The notes beneath the pieces were generated by a model, which made no database searches, had not been told where the DNA came from, and saw nothing but the letters and a program-made list of their open reading frames with translations. A DNA stretch of 64,000 bases from Neophaeotheca triangularis (taxonomy: Eukaryota): contig BAAIJX010000025.1 in the NCBI GenBank assembly GCA_054600435.1, forward strand, positions 1 through 64,000, written 5' to 3'. Each line of letters begins with the position of its first letter. The stretch's first letter is position 1. This document shows positions 36,623 to 48,489 of the stretch, piece by piece. The translations under genes and the position numbers were made by a program.

Positions 36623-37611
36623 ATGGCGAACAAGCGTGTCGAGCAAATCGCTGCCCACCTCAATTTTCCCAAGGGAATGCTTGTTGGGCAGGTAGCAATC
36701 ATAACGGGTTCAGGACAAGGCATTGGCGCAGAGGCAGCTAGACTGTTCGCCAAAGAGGGCGCAAAGGTTGTCGTCTCGGATATTGATGCTAGTAAGCAGA
36801 AGAGACCAAACACTCTCGAAAGGTGACGACGGTCTGACGGTACGACTATAGAGAAGTCGCAAGATGTAGTGGATAGCATCAACTCCGCTGGCGGCAGCGC
36901 TCTCGCCGTCCCCGGTGACATGCTGAGCGACGCCTACATCAACGAGCTTGTGAAGAAGACAGCCGAGTTTGGCAACGGCAAGATCCACATAATTGTCAAC
37001 AATGCAGGCTACACTTGGGACGGTGTGATCCACAAGGTAAGCGACTTCTGCAGCTCTCAAAGTCAGACAGTGCTGACAACAGCCGAAAGACCACGGACAA
37101 GCAATGGGACAACATCATTGCACTCCACGGTACTGCTCCTTTCAAGCTCGTTCGCGCAGCAGCACCCTACTTTCGCGTCAAGGACGGCGAGCCCAGGAAC
37201 ATTGTAAACATCTCCTCGACCTCTGGTCTGCACGGGAATGCCGGGCAAGCAAACTACGCCTTGGCCAAAGCTGGGGTAACAGGTCTTACCAAGACGATTG
37301 CGAAGGAATGGGGCCCTGCCTTTGGTGTCCGGGCCAACACGATTGCTTTCGGGTTCATCATGACTCGTTTGACGGCCGCGAAAGAGGAGGGAGCATTTGT
37401 GACAACACCGGATGGAGAAAAGGTGGCGTTGGGGATACCGCAGGCGCAGAAGGCGTCGAGGGAATCTGGGGATGCGGCGTTCAAGGACATTCCACTTGGC
37501 CGAGCTGGCACGGCCACGGAGGCAGCGAGCTCGATTCTGGCGGTAGTCAGTCCGTTGTTTAGCTATGTGAGCGGGCAGACGATTAGCGTGACGGGTGGGA
37601 GGAATTGCTGA
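36623..37611 (+). CDS. SDR, 3-oxoacyl-ACP/CoA reductase-like, with N-terminal PTS2 (3 exons)
   Basis: ITGSGQGIG, VNNAG, GQANYALAKAG; N-terminal RVEQIAAHL fits PTS2 R[LVI]x5HL. Confidence 0.92.
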
Positions 37612-38411
37612 GGGGCGCGAGCGAGGATACATGGTTATTTGTTATAGCTGCGATACGGATTTCTGATGGCTGTTCGATGCATGTGAGGTGTATTGCTCGG
37701 ACAAGCATCTCTAGACGTGCAGCCAATTGTTCCCAAGATGGATTTGTCGTTTCAGCCTAGAGTGCCTAATGCCACGCCCGTGCTGCAATGCACCGCGTAA
37801 ACGGAAATGGAGAGATGAGGCGTCGTCGCTAGTCAGGGGTTTTCGAGAATAATCGGGCCAATTATGTATTTGGGTGTTATTGTTGGGTATCTTAAGCGAG
37901 ACAAAGTAGGTAAGTGGTAGAGCAGTATATTGTCGATAAATTTGTAATAATCCACCTGCATCTTCTCAGGATGATGATGCTCGAGTAATGGAATGGAAGT
38001 GCCCAGATGGTTGGAAATTATTGAAACCTGAGGGTGAAGCGTGAACTCTCTCCGCAAAAAGGGAGCGGACATTAAGGTACCTTTACCTTACCTTATAACC
38101 TATATTGATTGACAAGCTGCAACGGTCAACGGTCAAAAGCTAGCTAGGTAACTACAGTAGGTACATGACTTGGCGGCCTGTCTTGTTTCCCTTTGGTCAA
38201 TGGTGCCGATATTGATTGGCTGACAGAGCATCGTTATTATTATTATTATTCTCCTCTCTCCTTCCATCTGTCGCATCTGTTTCACGTGTAGCTGCGCCCC
38301 GCCATCCACTGGTACCTGCAGTACCGTCTAACTGCCTTGCCAAACAACACGGCCAGTAGCGGCCGATAGCAAGGAAATACTAGAAAGCTGGAGTGGACGG
38401 GACGGGAGGTC

Positions 38412-40055
38412 ATGGCTGTTCGACGGCCGGTGTCGATTGTTGTCGACAAAGACGGCAACCAAGCTCCCTCCTTCTCCCGTCACATTTCGGATGAATTAGC
38501 AAAGGAAGTGCCAATGCCCACCTACACCATCTTCGAAGATCCGCCGTGGAAGAAGGACGGCAGAGCTTCCATGGCCCCCACGGCCTCCAGCGTCTACAGC
38601 GAAGACGTCGGCGATGCATCCATGTCTCTTGCCGAACCTCCCTCGCCATTGCCTCCTCAGCATCGCGACGACGACAACAACAACAACACCCCGGACAGGT
38701 TCCACGCGCACCCACAGCAACAAATCAATGACCACGGCCCGCAACAAAGGACTTCCAAACTTCCCATCTTCCAGCAAGTGCGATCCATGCTACATAAGCC
38801 ATCACCTCTCGTTACACCAAACAACACCACCAAGTGGGACCAATTTTCAGGGGGGCCAAGTTTGCCACGCAAAGCGGCGCAAGTCAAGCCAGACAGCCAT
38901 GTGAATCCTTACCAAGGCGCGTTTGAGGCGAGACATCATTCCTCCGAGCGAGCGAAGAGCGCCCAGAGGGACGTCTCACCAGTCTCAGTGCTGCAAGACG
39001 ACGACATCAAACCCACCGTACCCCTCAAAGCTGGCCGTAACACCCCCAGCATTCACTCGCCAGTCTCCTCTCTCTCCACTGCCACTATCGATCACTTTGA
39101 CCATCAGCCACCGAACGCGTACCTACAGCCGTCACAAGGAAAGACGGCCAAGCTACCGAAATCAATCAAACGCAAACCGGTATCGACCTCTTCTCGCAGT
39201 GCTTCGGAGAACATCCCACCTCAGCGCAAGCCATCAACGCTAAGCTCGAGTAGCTCACCAGGAGACGGTGCCGCGCAAAACAACGAGGGACCCAGAAGCC
39301 GTTTTAGTTGGACTACCGTTGCCACATCTGTGGCGCCCCACCGTCAGTCAATGGACACCAACGTCACCAAAACCACCGAGCCACAGCAAGACACTCCCCA
39401 ATTACCCAGCCGCTTCAGCTGGAGCACAATCAACACAGCACCTACAAATCACGGGCACATGGAGTCAGAAGCACCGGAACCGCCACCCCCGATCCCTCAG
39501 CAATACGCAAATAACCAGCAGTACACCAAGAACACACCCATGCAATCCATTCTCTCGCGCAGCCGCCCGATCCAACGCCAGGAAGAGCAATGGACCCCAC
39601 CACGCAAGACGTCCAGCCCCGTCTCCCGCACCGGCACACCCACATCCCGCACCAAAACCTACCCTTCAAATCTAACCCCCAACTCAACCTCTGCAACTAC
39701 CGGCGGCAATAACAGTGGCAAAGCCAAGAAGCTGCCACCTCCCCCGGCTCCCTCAATCCCACAATCCCACCTCGACGACCTCCTGTCCCAAGAAAAGGAC
39801 GTGCAGCAACAACGTCGCAACATCGCCAAAGCCATCGCGGACCTGGAGAAAGTGGAAAAGGCCTCGCCGCTCGAGGTGACGTTTGCGCAAGTCAAGGATG
39901 CCAAGAGGGAGCTGGAGAGGCTGAGGAGACGCATGGATGAGGTTTCCCTCGAGGAGGCGGAGGTTGGGAGGGCAATTGTGAGGGCGAGGCGGAAGGAGGA
40001 GGCCAGCGATGGGTTTCAGGGGAGTGGGCTTTGGGTGAGGAGGGTTACTGGGTGA
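38412..40055 (+). CDS. Uncharacterised Ser/Pro-rich protein with C-terminal coiled coil
   Basis: 547-aa ORF; repeated SRFSW(T/S)T motif; helical C-terminus ending GLWVRRVTG. Confidence 0.8.
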   Translation: MAVRRPVSIVVDKDGNQAPSFSRHISDELAKEVPMPTYTIFEDPPWKKDGRASMAPTASSVYSEDVGDASMSLAEPPSPLPPQHRDDDNNNNTPDRFHAHPQQQINDHGPQQRTSKLPIFQQVRSMLHKPSPLVTPNNTTKWDQFSGGPSLPRKAAQVKPDSHVNPYQGAFEARHHSSERAKSAQRDVSPVSVLQDDDIKPTVPLKAGRNTPSIHSPVSSLSTATIDHFDHQPPNAYLQPSQGKTAKLPKSIKRKPVSTSSRSASENIPPQRKPSTLSSSSSPGDGAAQNNEGPRSRFSWTTVATSVAPHRQSMDTNVTKTTEPQQDTPQLPSRFSWSTINTAPTNHGHMESEAPEPPPPIPQQYANNQQYTKNTPMQSILSRSRPIQRQEEQWTPPRKTSSPVSRTGTPTSRTKTYPSNLTPNSTSATTGGNNSGKAKKLPPPPAPSIPQSHLDDLLSQEKDVQQQRRNIAKAIADLEKVEKASPLEVTFAQVKDAKRELERLRRRMDEVSLEEAEVGRAIVRARRKEEASDGFQGSGLWVRRVTG

Positions 40056-40956
40056 GTGGGGATGGGAATTGAACGAATCGAAGTGAGGAATGGTGTAAGG
40101 GTAATGGCTGGAGTGGTGGGGCGGGATGCGTACTGGGCGTGCTTGTGGCGAGGGAAGGCATGGGTCTGTCATTCTTGAGCGTTCAGCCTGAGCGAGCGTG
40201 TTTTTGGCGTTATACTTCCGATGGGGGCGAGCGAAAGGCATCATAGCAATCTTGAGCGTTCGAGCGGGACAGGCTGCTCTTGATCATTTTGTACTATCAG
40301 CGCTCGAAGCGAGCATGGGGTTGCACGCCCGAGCTCTAGCCAATGAACTTCATTCACAGACACTACTAAGCCTACGCCCTCAATCTCTACTAATTGAGAG
40401 GTGGTTTGAAGAATACCTTTGCAACTTTCGGTACTGAACGGCAGCAACATCGCTCCCACATTTACCGCTCTCGCCTCACCCCCCTGTTCCCTTTGCTTTG
40501 GGGCTACTATAGTTTCTCCGCGTCCATCGGGCACAAGGCGCGTACACCGTCTTCATGTGCTACGGTTGGCTGCACCTATTGGACACGCCATCGATGGAGT
40601 ATAAGCGCATTCTTCTCCGCGAGACCGACAGCTTTGCGAAGAATCATCCCGATCCAGCCGCATTCGGTCCGTAGACCGCCATAGTATTTCTCGTGAAGAA
40701 GTTTACTGCGGGACAGCGCCGACCCTGGGCGTAAAGGTGGACTCGCTGGAACCTGGTATCGTCTTTTCAGCGGAACATTTGCCGGAAAGTAGTAGGTTTT
40801 TCCAGGTGACACACAAGTCGGGACTAGCCAGCATGGACTTTACGCCGTGATCGTCCAGTCAGTCGAGAGAGGGTAATCGGCGTCGGCGCCGGTGAGAACC
40901 GGCGGATGTCCAGTGTAATTGAGGTGGTTGGGCATTTCAGAATGGAAAAGCCCGGT

Positions 40957-41840
40957 TCACCCTTCCTGATGCATCGACGCAGGACTCCAGTATTCCGTCT
41001 CGTCGGCCTGCGTATCAATCCAGACAAGACTGTCGGAGAGCAGGTCATCCAGCACGGCCACGGCTCTGGCTTGCTCCCAGCCAAGGTTCGCTCGCAACAT
41101 CGAGACGGTAACATAGCCTAGTACCTGTATGACTTCGAGCACGATCGATTGATCCGGGTTCAGCTCTTTGGGGACTGAGCGGATGAATTTGGTCGATCCC
41201 AGAGTCGTGATTGCAAAGCCACCGCCCAGGGGTGCCAGAGAGTCCAACGCACGGAGAACGTCGTCTCTACAAGTTGACGGCCAGCAGTCAGCATACCAAA
41301 ACCCACCATTGCAGGAAGTGTGGTAAGGGGAAAGTGTAGAGAATCTACGTACTCTGTAACGTCCATGCCACCCCCGACAGCCCGCCCCTTGGCCACCATC
41401 TTCCGCACCTCGCTCACGGCAATCATCCCTCCATTCTCCGCCCGCGTCTCACGGCAGACTTCGACAACCCTCACGGCCAACTCAAAGTAAAAATCATTAA
41501 CACTGCTCCCCAGCATCTTAGCCCAAACACTCGCCCCAGCCTTGCCGCCACCACCCGCCGCCCCGCTCCCGCCGGCGCGGACATTACTCCCAGCCAGGGG
41601 ATCCACGCCAATGGCATTGCACATGCGAGCGAACTCGGCGCGAAAAGAGGGGTTGGAGCGGATGTCTTTGGCGTGGGTGAGGGAGAAGTTGTGCAGGGCG
41701 GCTTGGAAGACGGAGAGCTGATTTGCCAGGGCGTCGGCGTGCGTGGTTCGTAGCGTGGCGCCGTGGCGGGCGTATTGGTCGGCGGAGATTGTCGCTTTGG
41801 AGAAGGCGCTGAGGCCTACGCCGCGTCTGCTTGATGCCAT
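40957..41840 (-). CDS. SNF8: ESCRT-II subunit Vps22/Snf8 (2 exons)
   Basis: RRGVGLSAF, FRAEFARMCNAIGVDPL, DFYFELAVRVVEVC, RSVPKELN.DQ, WIDTQ...YW. Confidence 0.93.
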
Positions 41841-42292
41841 GGTTTGCCGTCTGTATTGTGTTTCAAGGGGGGTGATGGAGTTGTCAAAGTCAAGTAGGGT
41901 GACTTGGCGTCTGATAAGCCCTGCCCGGCTGTCATCGAGCCTTGTCTGGGGTTACCGTAAGGTATCCCATCCAGACGATTTCCAGGGTGTCAGCTTTCCC
42001 CGCTTGCGTCACTGTCGTCAGGCACAGCCCAGCACGCCTGGCCCCGTGCAGGCATGGAGGACCCTGTACCTGTCCCCTGTTTTCCAATTGTTTCCCCTCC
42101 CTTGAGCCCCCGAAGTACATAATACCTACGCTTTTTTATACCACCAACTGTTCCGAAACCCACTAGTTCATTTATAGGAGCGTAAACTTGGTCTCGCTCA
42201 CAGCTGACGACCATCAACAACCCTACAGACTGTCCGCGAAGTTGGTCATCAGTAGCAACAGCACACAACGACCCCCTTTTTAGCCCATAACC

Positions 42293-43648
42293 ATGGGCGA
42301 AGCAGCTGGTGTTGCGTACGGGATCGAGACACTTGTAGAGGGTGCCATTGCGGCAGCAAAAGGAATCTATGACCCGACATTACCGCTGAAAGCAACGCTC
42401 AAACCCGTTGGCGGCCTGGATTTGCATCGCGCCCAACACACGCTAGCCATACGCAATGGACGAGCATACATCTTCGGTGGAGTGACCACACATGGCAATG
42501 GGCACACAGAGCTTGCGGACAATGCCATGCACATTGTGATTCTACCTTCGTCCGGCGTCGAGAGTGCAGACTACAGAAGGATCGAGCCGACACCTGAGTC
42601 TCCGCCAGCAAGATTTGGGCACAGCTGTGCGTTGATCGATGACCGTATATATATGTACGGTGGGTTTTCGGCGAGCTCTGGTGGCACTCTGAAAGAGCAA
42701 GGTAGGGTCTGGGTTTACGACACAAGTACGGACAGATGGTCGCATCTTGATCCGCCAGAGGGTTCCGTTACACCGCCTCCGCGAGCCGAACACGCCTCGA
42801 TTGCCAGCGAACACCCAAAAAACGAGCAGCACCGCACCGATGAGGGATCATTGCCCCAACAACCGCCAGATCCTGCCGATGTTGTTCCAGAGCCCGCTGG
42901 GCCGGACACGTACGGTACCGTGGTCGTTCAAGGCGGGAATGGTGCAAAGACAGGGTACAACGACTTGTGGTCTTTCGACGTCCATAGCCGGACATGGGCC
43001 GAATTGCCGGAGCCTCCCGAGCCACCAGCGTTGCAGAGCGAGAACCCAAGCCTGGGAATTGTCCCAAGCTTAGCAATCGTAGGAAGCCGCATCTATAGTT
43101 TCTCGGCTGGACAGATGAGCTACCTCGATCTGGCGAAAGGCGCTTTCTCCGACAAGGGCGGCACAGGCGAGCTCGGCCTCGTTCCTCTAGGCCCTTGGTC
43201 GACTCTACCACCGATGAGCAGCTCACTCGATAAGTCACCTCCAGCCGAGCGTACGGAGGCATGTTTGCTGCCCGTCACCACTGGCCAGGGACGCAATTAT
43301 CTCCTGCTCGTTGGCGGACGTACACTGACCGGAGAGCTGTTGGACGACATCTGGGCTCTACAACTGAAGCCAGATGGCATGACCGCCGCGTCGTTCAAGG
43401 ATGCTGCAAGAGAAGCCATCAACAAGAACACTCGCGAGTCTGAGTGGGATGAAGTCAAATATTACAGCAGCGAAGGGAAGATGATCCAAGAGGGCCAAGA
43501 TGGGCGTGGCTTGGGTGGACGGTATCAATTCTCTGTTGCCAAAGGTTCGGAGGTCGACGGTGCCACGGTAGTAGTATGGGGCGGACGCAACATGGCCGCG
43601 GGTGAGAAGCTGTTTGGTGATGGGCTGATGATTACTGTTGATCGATAG
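42293..43648 (+). CDS. Kelch-repeat (galactose oxidase-like beta-propeller) protein
   Basis: AYIFGG, ARFGHS..IYMYGG, WVYDTSTDRW, NDLWSFD...W, LLVGG...DDIWAL. Confidence 0.85.
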   Translation: MGEAAGVAYGIETLVEGAIAAAKGIYDPTLPLKATLKPVGGLDLHRAQHTLAIRNGRAYIFGGVTTHGNGHTELADNAMHIVILPSSGVESADYRRIEPTPESPPARFGHSCALIDDRIYMYGGFSASSGGTLKEQGRVWVYDTSTDRWSHLDPPEGSVTPPPRAEHASIASEHPKNEQHRTDEGSLPQQPPDPADVVPEPAGPDTYGTVVVQGGNGAKTGYNDLWSFDVHSRTWAELPEPPEPPALQSENPSLGIVPSLAIVGSRIYSFSAGQMSYLDLAKGAFSDKGGTGELGLVPLGPWSTLPPMSSSLDKSPPAERTEACLLPVTTGQGRNYLLLVGGRTLTGELLDDIWALQLKPDGMTAASFKDAAREAINKNTRESEWDEVKYYSSEGKMIQEGQDGRGLGGRYQFSVAKGSEVDGATVVVWGGRNMAAGEKLFGDGLMITVDR

Positions 43649-44161
43649 TCGGGGCACTTGGGCACGAGCTCGAAATGCAGTTATGAATGCTGGACTAATG
43701 CCTTCAAGACATTGAGTTGCTATCCTAGGGCAGGCATGTTTATGATTCCGCATGCTGTTTAGGCTAGTAGAGTCAAAACGTACGACTTTCAAGTCTATAT
43801 CATGGATAAAGCAAAAGCCCGGGCGATGATTGAAAGGTTGATGAAGCCGAACGGCCTTTAACCGATGGCCAAAGCGCTGTGTACAATATGCCGATGAAGC
43901 TCTCCGAGTTCGCAACCGAACAGCATTGCCGCTTCTTCGTCCCCCCAATGCAACAGCCGAGTATTATTGCCTGACGCCGAGCTACTATTGCCTCTGGTCT
44001 AACAAGTAGGTACTTTCTCTCCTGTCTCATCATTCACATCTCTTCTCTCGTCTCTTAGCTCCTCAGTTCTACAAAGTCGCAGCTCGCCCGAGGCACTCAA
44101 GCTTGCAAGCACCCTAACAGCAGCTCGACTGGGAGCTCCATCTTTCACAAAACATAGCAAA

Positions 44162-45403
44162 ATGGCAGGCTTCATCCAGAAAGGCACCAAACAAATCCTC
44201 CAAAAGAACCCCAACGACGTCATCTTCCTCTCCAGCCTACGCACACCCGTCACGCGCGCCAAAAAGGGCGGTTTTAAAGATGCCCACGATCACGAGCTGC
44301 TGGCGCATGTGCTTAAAGCGACGCTGGCCGCGAACCCGAACCTCGATCCGCGCCTCATAAATGACATACACATTGGCACAGTGCTGTCGGAGCTTGGGGG
44401 TAGCAAGGCGGGCCGCATGGCTGCTTGCCATGTCGGATACCCGGAGACTGCGGCTTTTCAGACAGTGAACAGGGCGTGCTCGAGTGGGTTGAGTGCTATT
44501 ACGAGTGTGGCTAATCAGATTGCGACGGGGATGATTGATATTGGTGTAGGCGGGGGGATGGAGAGTATGACCAAAAACTATGGGAGTAGGGCGATTCCCA
44601 CGCAACTTTGGGCCGACCTCAAGGAGTCGCCTGAGAAGGATGCGAGGGATTGTATCATGAGCATGGGTATCACGGCTGAGAATGTCGCTGAGCGGTATGG
44701 TGTTAGTAGAGAAGATCAGGACGCTTTCGCGGTTTCGTCGCATCTCAAGGCTGCAAAAGCGCAAAAGGAAGGGTTGTTTGATTCGGAGATTGTGCCTGTT
44801 ACAACGAGATGGCACCCGAACCCCGAAGTGCCGGATATGCAGGAGGAGATCACAGTCACGAAGGACGATGGCATCCGGCCTACTTCTAGCCCGGAGAGTC
44901 TGGCCAAGATGAAGCCGGCTTTCAAGCCGGACGGCACAGCTACGGCGGGCAATAGCAGCCAAGTCTCTGACGGCGCCGCTGCGACGCTGATGATGCGGAG
45001 ATCGACTGCTACACAGCTGGGATTGGCGGGAGATATTATTGGCAAATGGGCGGGTACGCAGGTCGTGGGTTGCAAGCCGGACGAGATGGGCATCGGGCCG
45101 GCGATTGCGATTCCCAAGTTGCTCGAGTATACCGGGGTGCCGAAGGAGGATATTGGGATCTGGGAGCTCAACGAGGCTTTTGCAAGCCAGGCGCTGCATT
45201 GTACGAGAACGCTCGGCCTGGATTTGGACAAGGTGAACCCAAAGGGTGGCGCGATTGCTCTGGGACATCCGCTCGGTGCGACTGGTGCGAGACAGCTTGC
45301 TACGCTTATGCCGGAGATGTTGAGGCAGGGTCAAGAGCTCGGAGTCGTGAGCATGTGCATTGGCACTGGCATGGGCATGGCGAGCTTGATCGTCAGAGAA
45401 TAG
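44162..45403 (+). CDS. 3-ketoacyl-CoA thiolase
   Basis: VNRACSSGL, TAGNSSQVSDGAAA, ELNEAFA, GGAIALGHPLGATG, SMCIGTGMG. Confidence 0.96.
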   Translation: MAGFIQKGTKQILQKNPNDVIFLSSLRTPVTRAKKGGFKDAHDHELLAHVLKATLAANPNLDPRLINDIHIGTVLSELGGSKAGRMAACHVGYPETAAFQTVNRACSSGLSAITSVANQIATGMIDIGVGGGMESMTKNYGSRAIPTQLWADLKESPEKDARDCIMSMGITAENVAERYGVSREDQDAFAVSSHLKAAKAQKEGLFDSEIVPVTTRWHPNPEVPDMQEEITVTKDDGIRPTSSPESLAKMKPAFKPDGTATAGNSSQVSDGAAATLMMRRSTATQLGLAGDIIGKWAGTQVVGCKPDEMGIGPAIAIPKLLEYTGVPKEDIGIWELNEAFASQALHCTRTLGLDLDKVNPKGGAIALGHPLGATGARQLATLMPEMLRQGQELGVVSMCIGTGMGMASLIVRE

Positions 45404-45438
45404 TCACAGTGCAGCGTAATAATCAAGTCGTGTAATGC

Positions 45439-46167
45439 TCAATTGTCTGGCTTGGCCTTGTTCTTCTTCTTGCTCTTCTTACGGGACTTCTCTGCCAACA
45501 GCTCGTCCAGGTAGCTGCCGCCTTTCCTTTTTGCAGGCTTGTTGCCTTCCTCAGACGCGCCATTTGTAGCTGTATGTGCGCTCTGCTTCTTCGCTGCAAA
45601 AGCCGCAATCGCATCATCTCCGTCAAGTGTTGAAGCGTCCGTTCCATGCGAGACCGGCGCCGGGACTTCCTCAGAGTCTGATTTCGGTGTCCTCTTCTTT
45701 GACTTGAAGCTGGCAGCCCTTCCCTCGTCCTCGTCATCGCTTTGCTCAGCCATCGGGTTTAGCCCTGATGCAGTCGCACCCGTTACTTGCCTCGGAACCT
45801 GATATTTCACAGCAGCCATGCTTTTACCGGCAGTCATCTCCTTGGATTTCTTGTGCGCTTGAGCCGCCTTCTTGCCCATAATCTGCTCCCTCAGTCTGTC
45901 GTTCGAGGACAATTTGGAATGAAGGGCACCTTTGTCAGGTGAATCGGATTTGTTGGCTGATTTGGACCCAAGCCCGGAGAGCTCGCCGAGTTCTTTGAAT
46001 TCGTTCTCTTCTTCGCCTGTATTGCTGCTTTCATGTTGTTTTTTGTCTTGGCCTTGGGTTGATGAAGGCAGCCAAGATTGGAGGAGGCGTTGGCTGCGGG
46101 CCATTGCTACGTTGGAAGTGTTGAACATTGCGGCTAGGCGCAGTTCGGAGTCTGTTGTTGCGTCCAT
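45439..46167 (-). CDS. Uncharacterised basic nuclear protein (DUF3245-like)
   Basis: N-terminal NVAMARSQRLLQSWLP, DDEDEGRAA, C-terminal SYLDELLAEKSRKKSKKK. Confidence 0.7.
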   Translation of the reverse strand: MDATTDSELRLAAMFNTSNVAMARSQRLLQSWLPSSTQGQDKKQHESSNTGEEENEFKELGELSGLGSKSANKSDSPDKGALHSKLSSNDRLREQIMGKKAAQAHKKSKEMTAGKSMAAVKYQVPRQVTGATASGLNPMAEQSDDEDEGRAASFKSKKRTPKSDSEEVPAPVSHGTDASTLDGDDAIAAFAAKKQSAHTATNGASEEGNKPAKRKGGSYLDELLAEKSRKKSKKKNKAKPDN

Positions 46168-46443
46168 TTCGGTGCTTCAATTCGTAGAGGTTGGTTCTGT
46201 ATTGTAAAGGAGTACAGGCCCGCACGCAGGTGCTACTACTAGAGTACGGTAGAATGTGAGCATGTGAGAGACTGGCTGCGGCGGCAGAAGTTCGGAGGTT
46301 ATTGGCGCGTGCAAGCTCGAAGACAGCTCCCGTCCTTCAAACGTCTCCCCCCTCTGTGTTTGCGCAGATCAGTCTTATATACTGACCCTCTACCTTTACT
46401 CCCTCCCCTCCCACTACCAACCCCCTCCCCCCCAGACCACAAC

Positions 46444-48049
46444 ATGTTCAAGCTCGCCCGCAGCAGGCAGTTTGCCTCTGCTTTCAAGGCGGCAAAGGTG
46501 CGAAGCCATGCGCAGAAAAGCAGGTTTGGGTAGTACAAAGGCTAATCAAAACCAGGACACTCCTATCAGACGAGCTGCCTTCCAGCAAACCCGCAACCTC
46601 TCCATTCACGAATACCGCTCGGCTCAGCTGCTCGACTCGGTGTGTACTTCCGATCACTGGCGAAGTTGCACCTCGGACTAATCAGGAGGCAGTACGGTAT
46701 TGGTGTGCCAAAGGGGAATGTCGCTCACAGCGCAAGGGAGGCAGAGGAGGTCGCCTCGAGCATTGGTATGCTGGATTTCAAAAGCGTATGCCAGGGCAAA
46801 ACTGACCATGAGCAGCGGGTGAGGATATGGTGATCAAGGCCCAGGTGCTTGCTGGTGGCAGAGGCAAGGGTCACTTCGACAATGGCTTCAAGGGCGGTGT
46901 CAGGATTGTCTACTCGTAAGCGATATGGTGCTATTCAAGCGGCGGGCCCATCGGTACTGACGACGTGGCAGCCCTCGCGAGGCCTCCATCCTCTCCGACC
47001 AGATGATCGGCCACAAGCTCATCACCAAGCAAACTGGCGAGCGTGGCCGTATCTGCAACAGCGTGTACATTGTCGAGCGCAAGTTCGCCCGCAGAGAATT
47101 CTACCTGGCCGTGCTCATGGACCGCGCATCGCAAGGTCCCGTCATCGTCGCCTCCAGCCAAGGTGGTATGGACATTGAGACTGTCGCCAAGGAGTCGCCA
47201 GAGGCTATCATCACGACCAAGGTTGACATCCACACCGGCGTCACTGACGAGATGGCCACGAACATCGCCGAGCAGCTCGGCTTTAGCTCCCAGTGCGTGG
47301 AGTCGGCCAAGGACACCATCCAGAAGCTTTACAAGGTCTTCATGGAGAAGGATGCCACGCAGATTGAGATTAACCCCCTGTCTGAGACGTCTGACCACAA
47401 GGTGCTGTGCATGGATGCCAAGCTCAACTTCGACGACAACGCCGACTTCAGGCAAAAGGAGATCTTCGAGTGGCGCGACACCAGCCAGGAGGATGCTGAC
47501 GAGGTCAAGGCCGCTACCCACGGCTTGAACTTCATCAAGCTTGACGGTGACATTGGCTGCTTGGTCAATGGCGCTGGTCTGGCCATGGCCACCATGGACA
47601 TCATCAAGCTCAACGGCGGCCAGCCTGCCAACTTCCTCGACGTCGGTGGTGGTGCCACACCGAAAGCTATCAAGGAGGCTTTCGACTTGATCACTGCCGA
47701 CCCCAAGGTCACCGCCATCTTCGTCAACATCTTCGGTGGTATCGTGCGCTGTGATGACATCGCCAAGGGTCTCATCAGCGTTGTTGAGAGCATGAACTTG
47801 AGGACACCGGTCGTCGCCCGTCTCCAAGGTACCAACATGGAGCAGGCTCACAAGCTCATCAACGAGAGCGGCTTGAAGATCTTCTCCATTGATGACCTAC
47901 AAAATGCGGCGGAGAAGAGCGTGCAGTTCTCCAAGGTTGTTAAAATGGGTAAGTTTTGATGCGAGCACGAGCTATTCTTGCGCAATTACTAACACATAGT
48001 TACAGCGAGGGACATTGATGTTGGTGTTGAGTTTACCCTGGGCATATAA
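46444..48049 (+). CDS. LSC2: Succinyl-CoA ligase beta subunit, mitochondrial (multi-exon)
   Basis: [68 protein letters not shown]; ends EFTLGI*. Confidence 0.96.
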
Positions 48050-48489
48050 GATACTTGCGGCGTGCCGTTTTCCTATTTGTATTTAAGGAGTCTACTTGCG
48101 ATTCCCACTTGCAAGCCTGTACATGTTGATTTGAAGCTGGCAACCGATTTTTCGTGAAGCATCCAGCCAGGGCCGGCCTTCCTAGGTCAACCGCGGGTTT
48201 GTGCCGCTAGACCCTTGATCGCTAGTGATCGTTTTACGCTTTTCTTGACTCCACCTTGACAAAGCTTGAATGTCTACCATGCAGCTTAGCATCATTGCCC
48301 GCGTATAAGAGGCGTCGATAAAGATACCGCTACCTAATAAGGTACTATGAACGGGCGAGAAACTGAAATACAATCGCTGATCTGCCCGCGGCCGGGTATT
48401 TGGTCGCACCACCACTCGAGCGAACTCACACTGGGCTCTGATCCAAACGTTGACTTTTGATGTAAAGGAGTCGAACACTCGCAGATTCT

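Noticed and set aside
44237..47851. Long antisense ORFs (365 aa opposite thiolase, 306 aa opposite LSC2; likewise opposite RPL7 and ARG1)
   Set aside because: Shadow ORFs expected from GC3-biased codon usage; no motifs.
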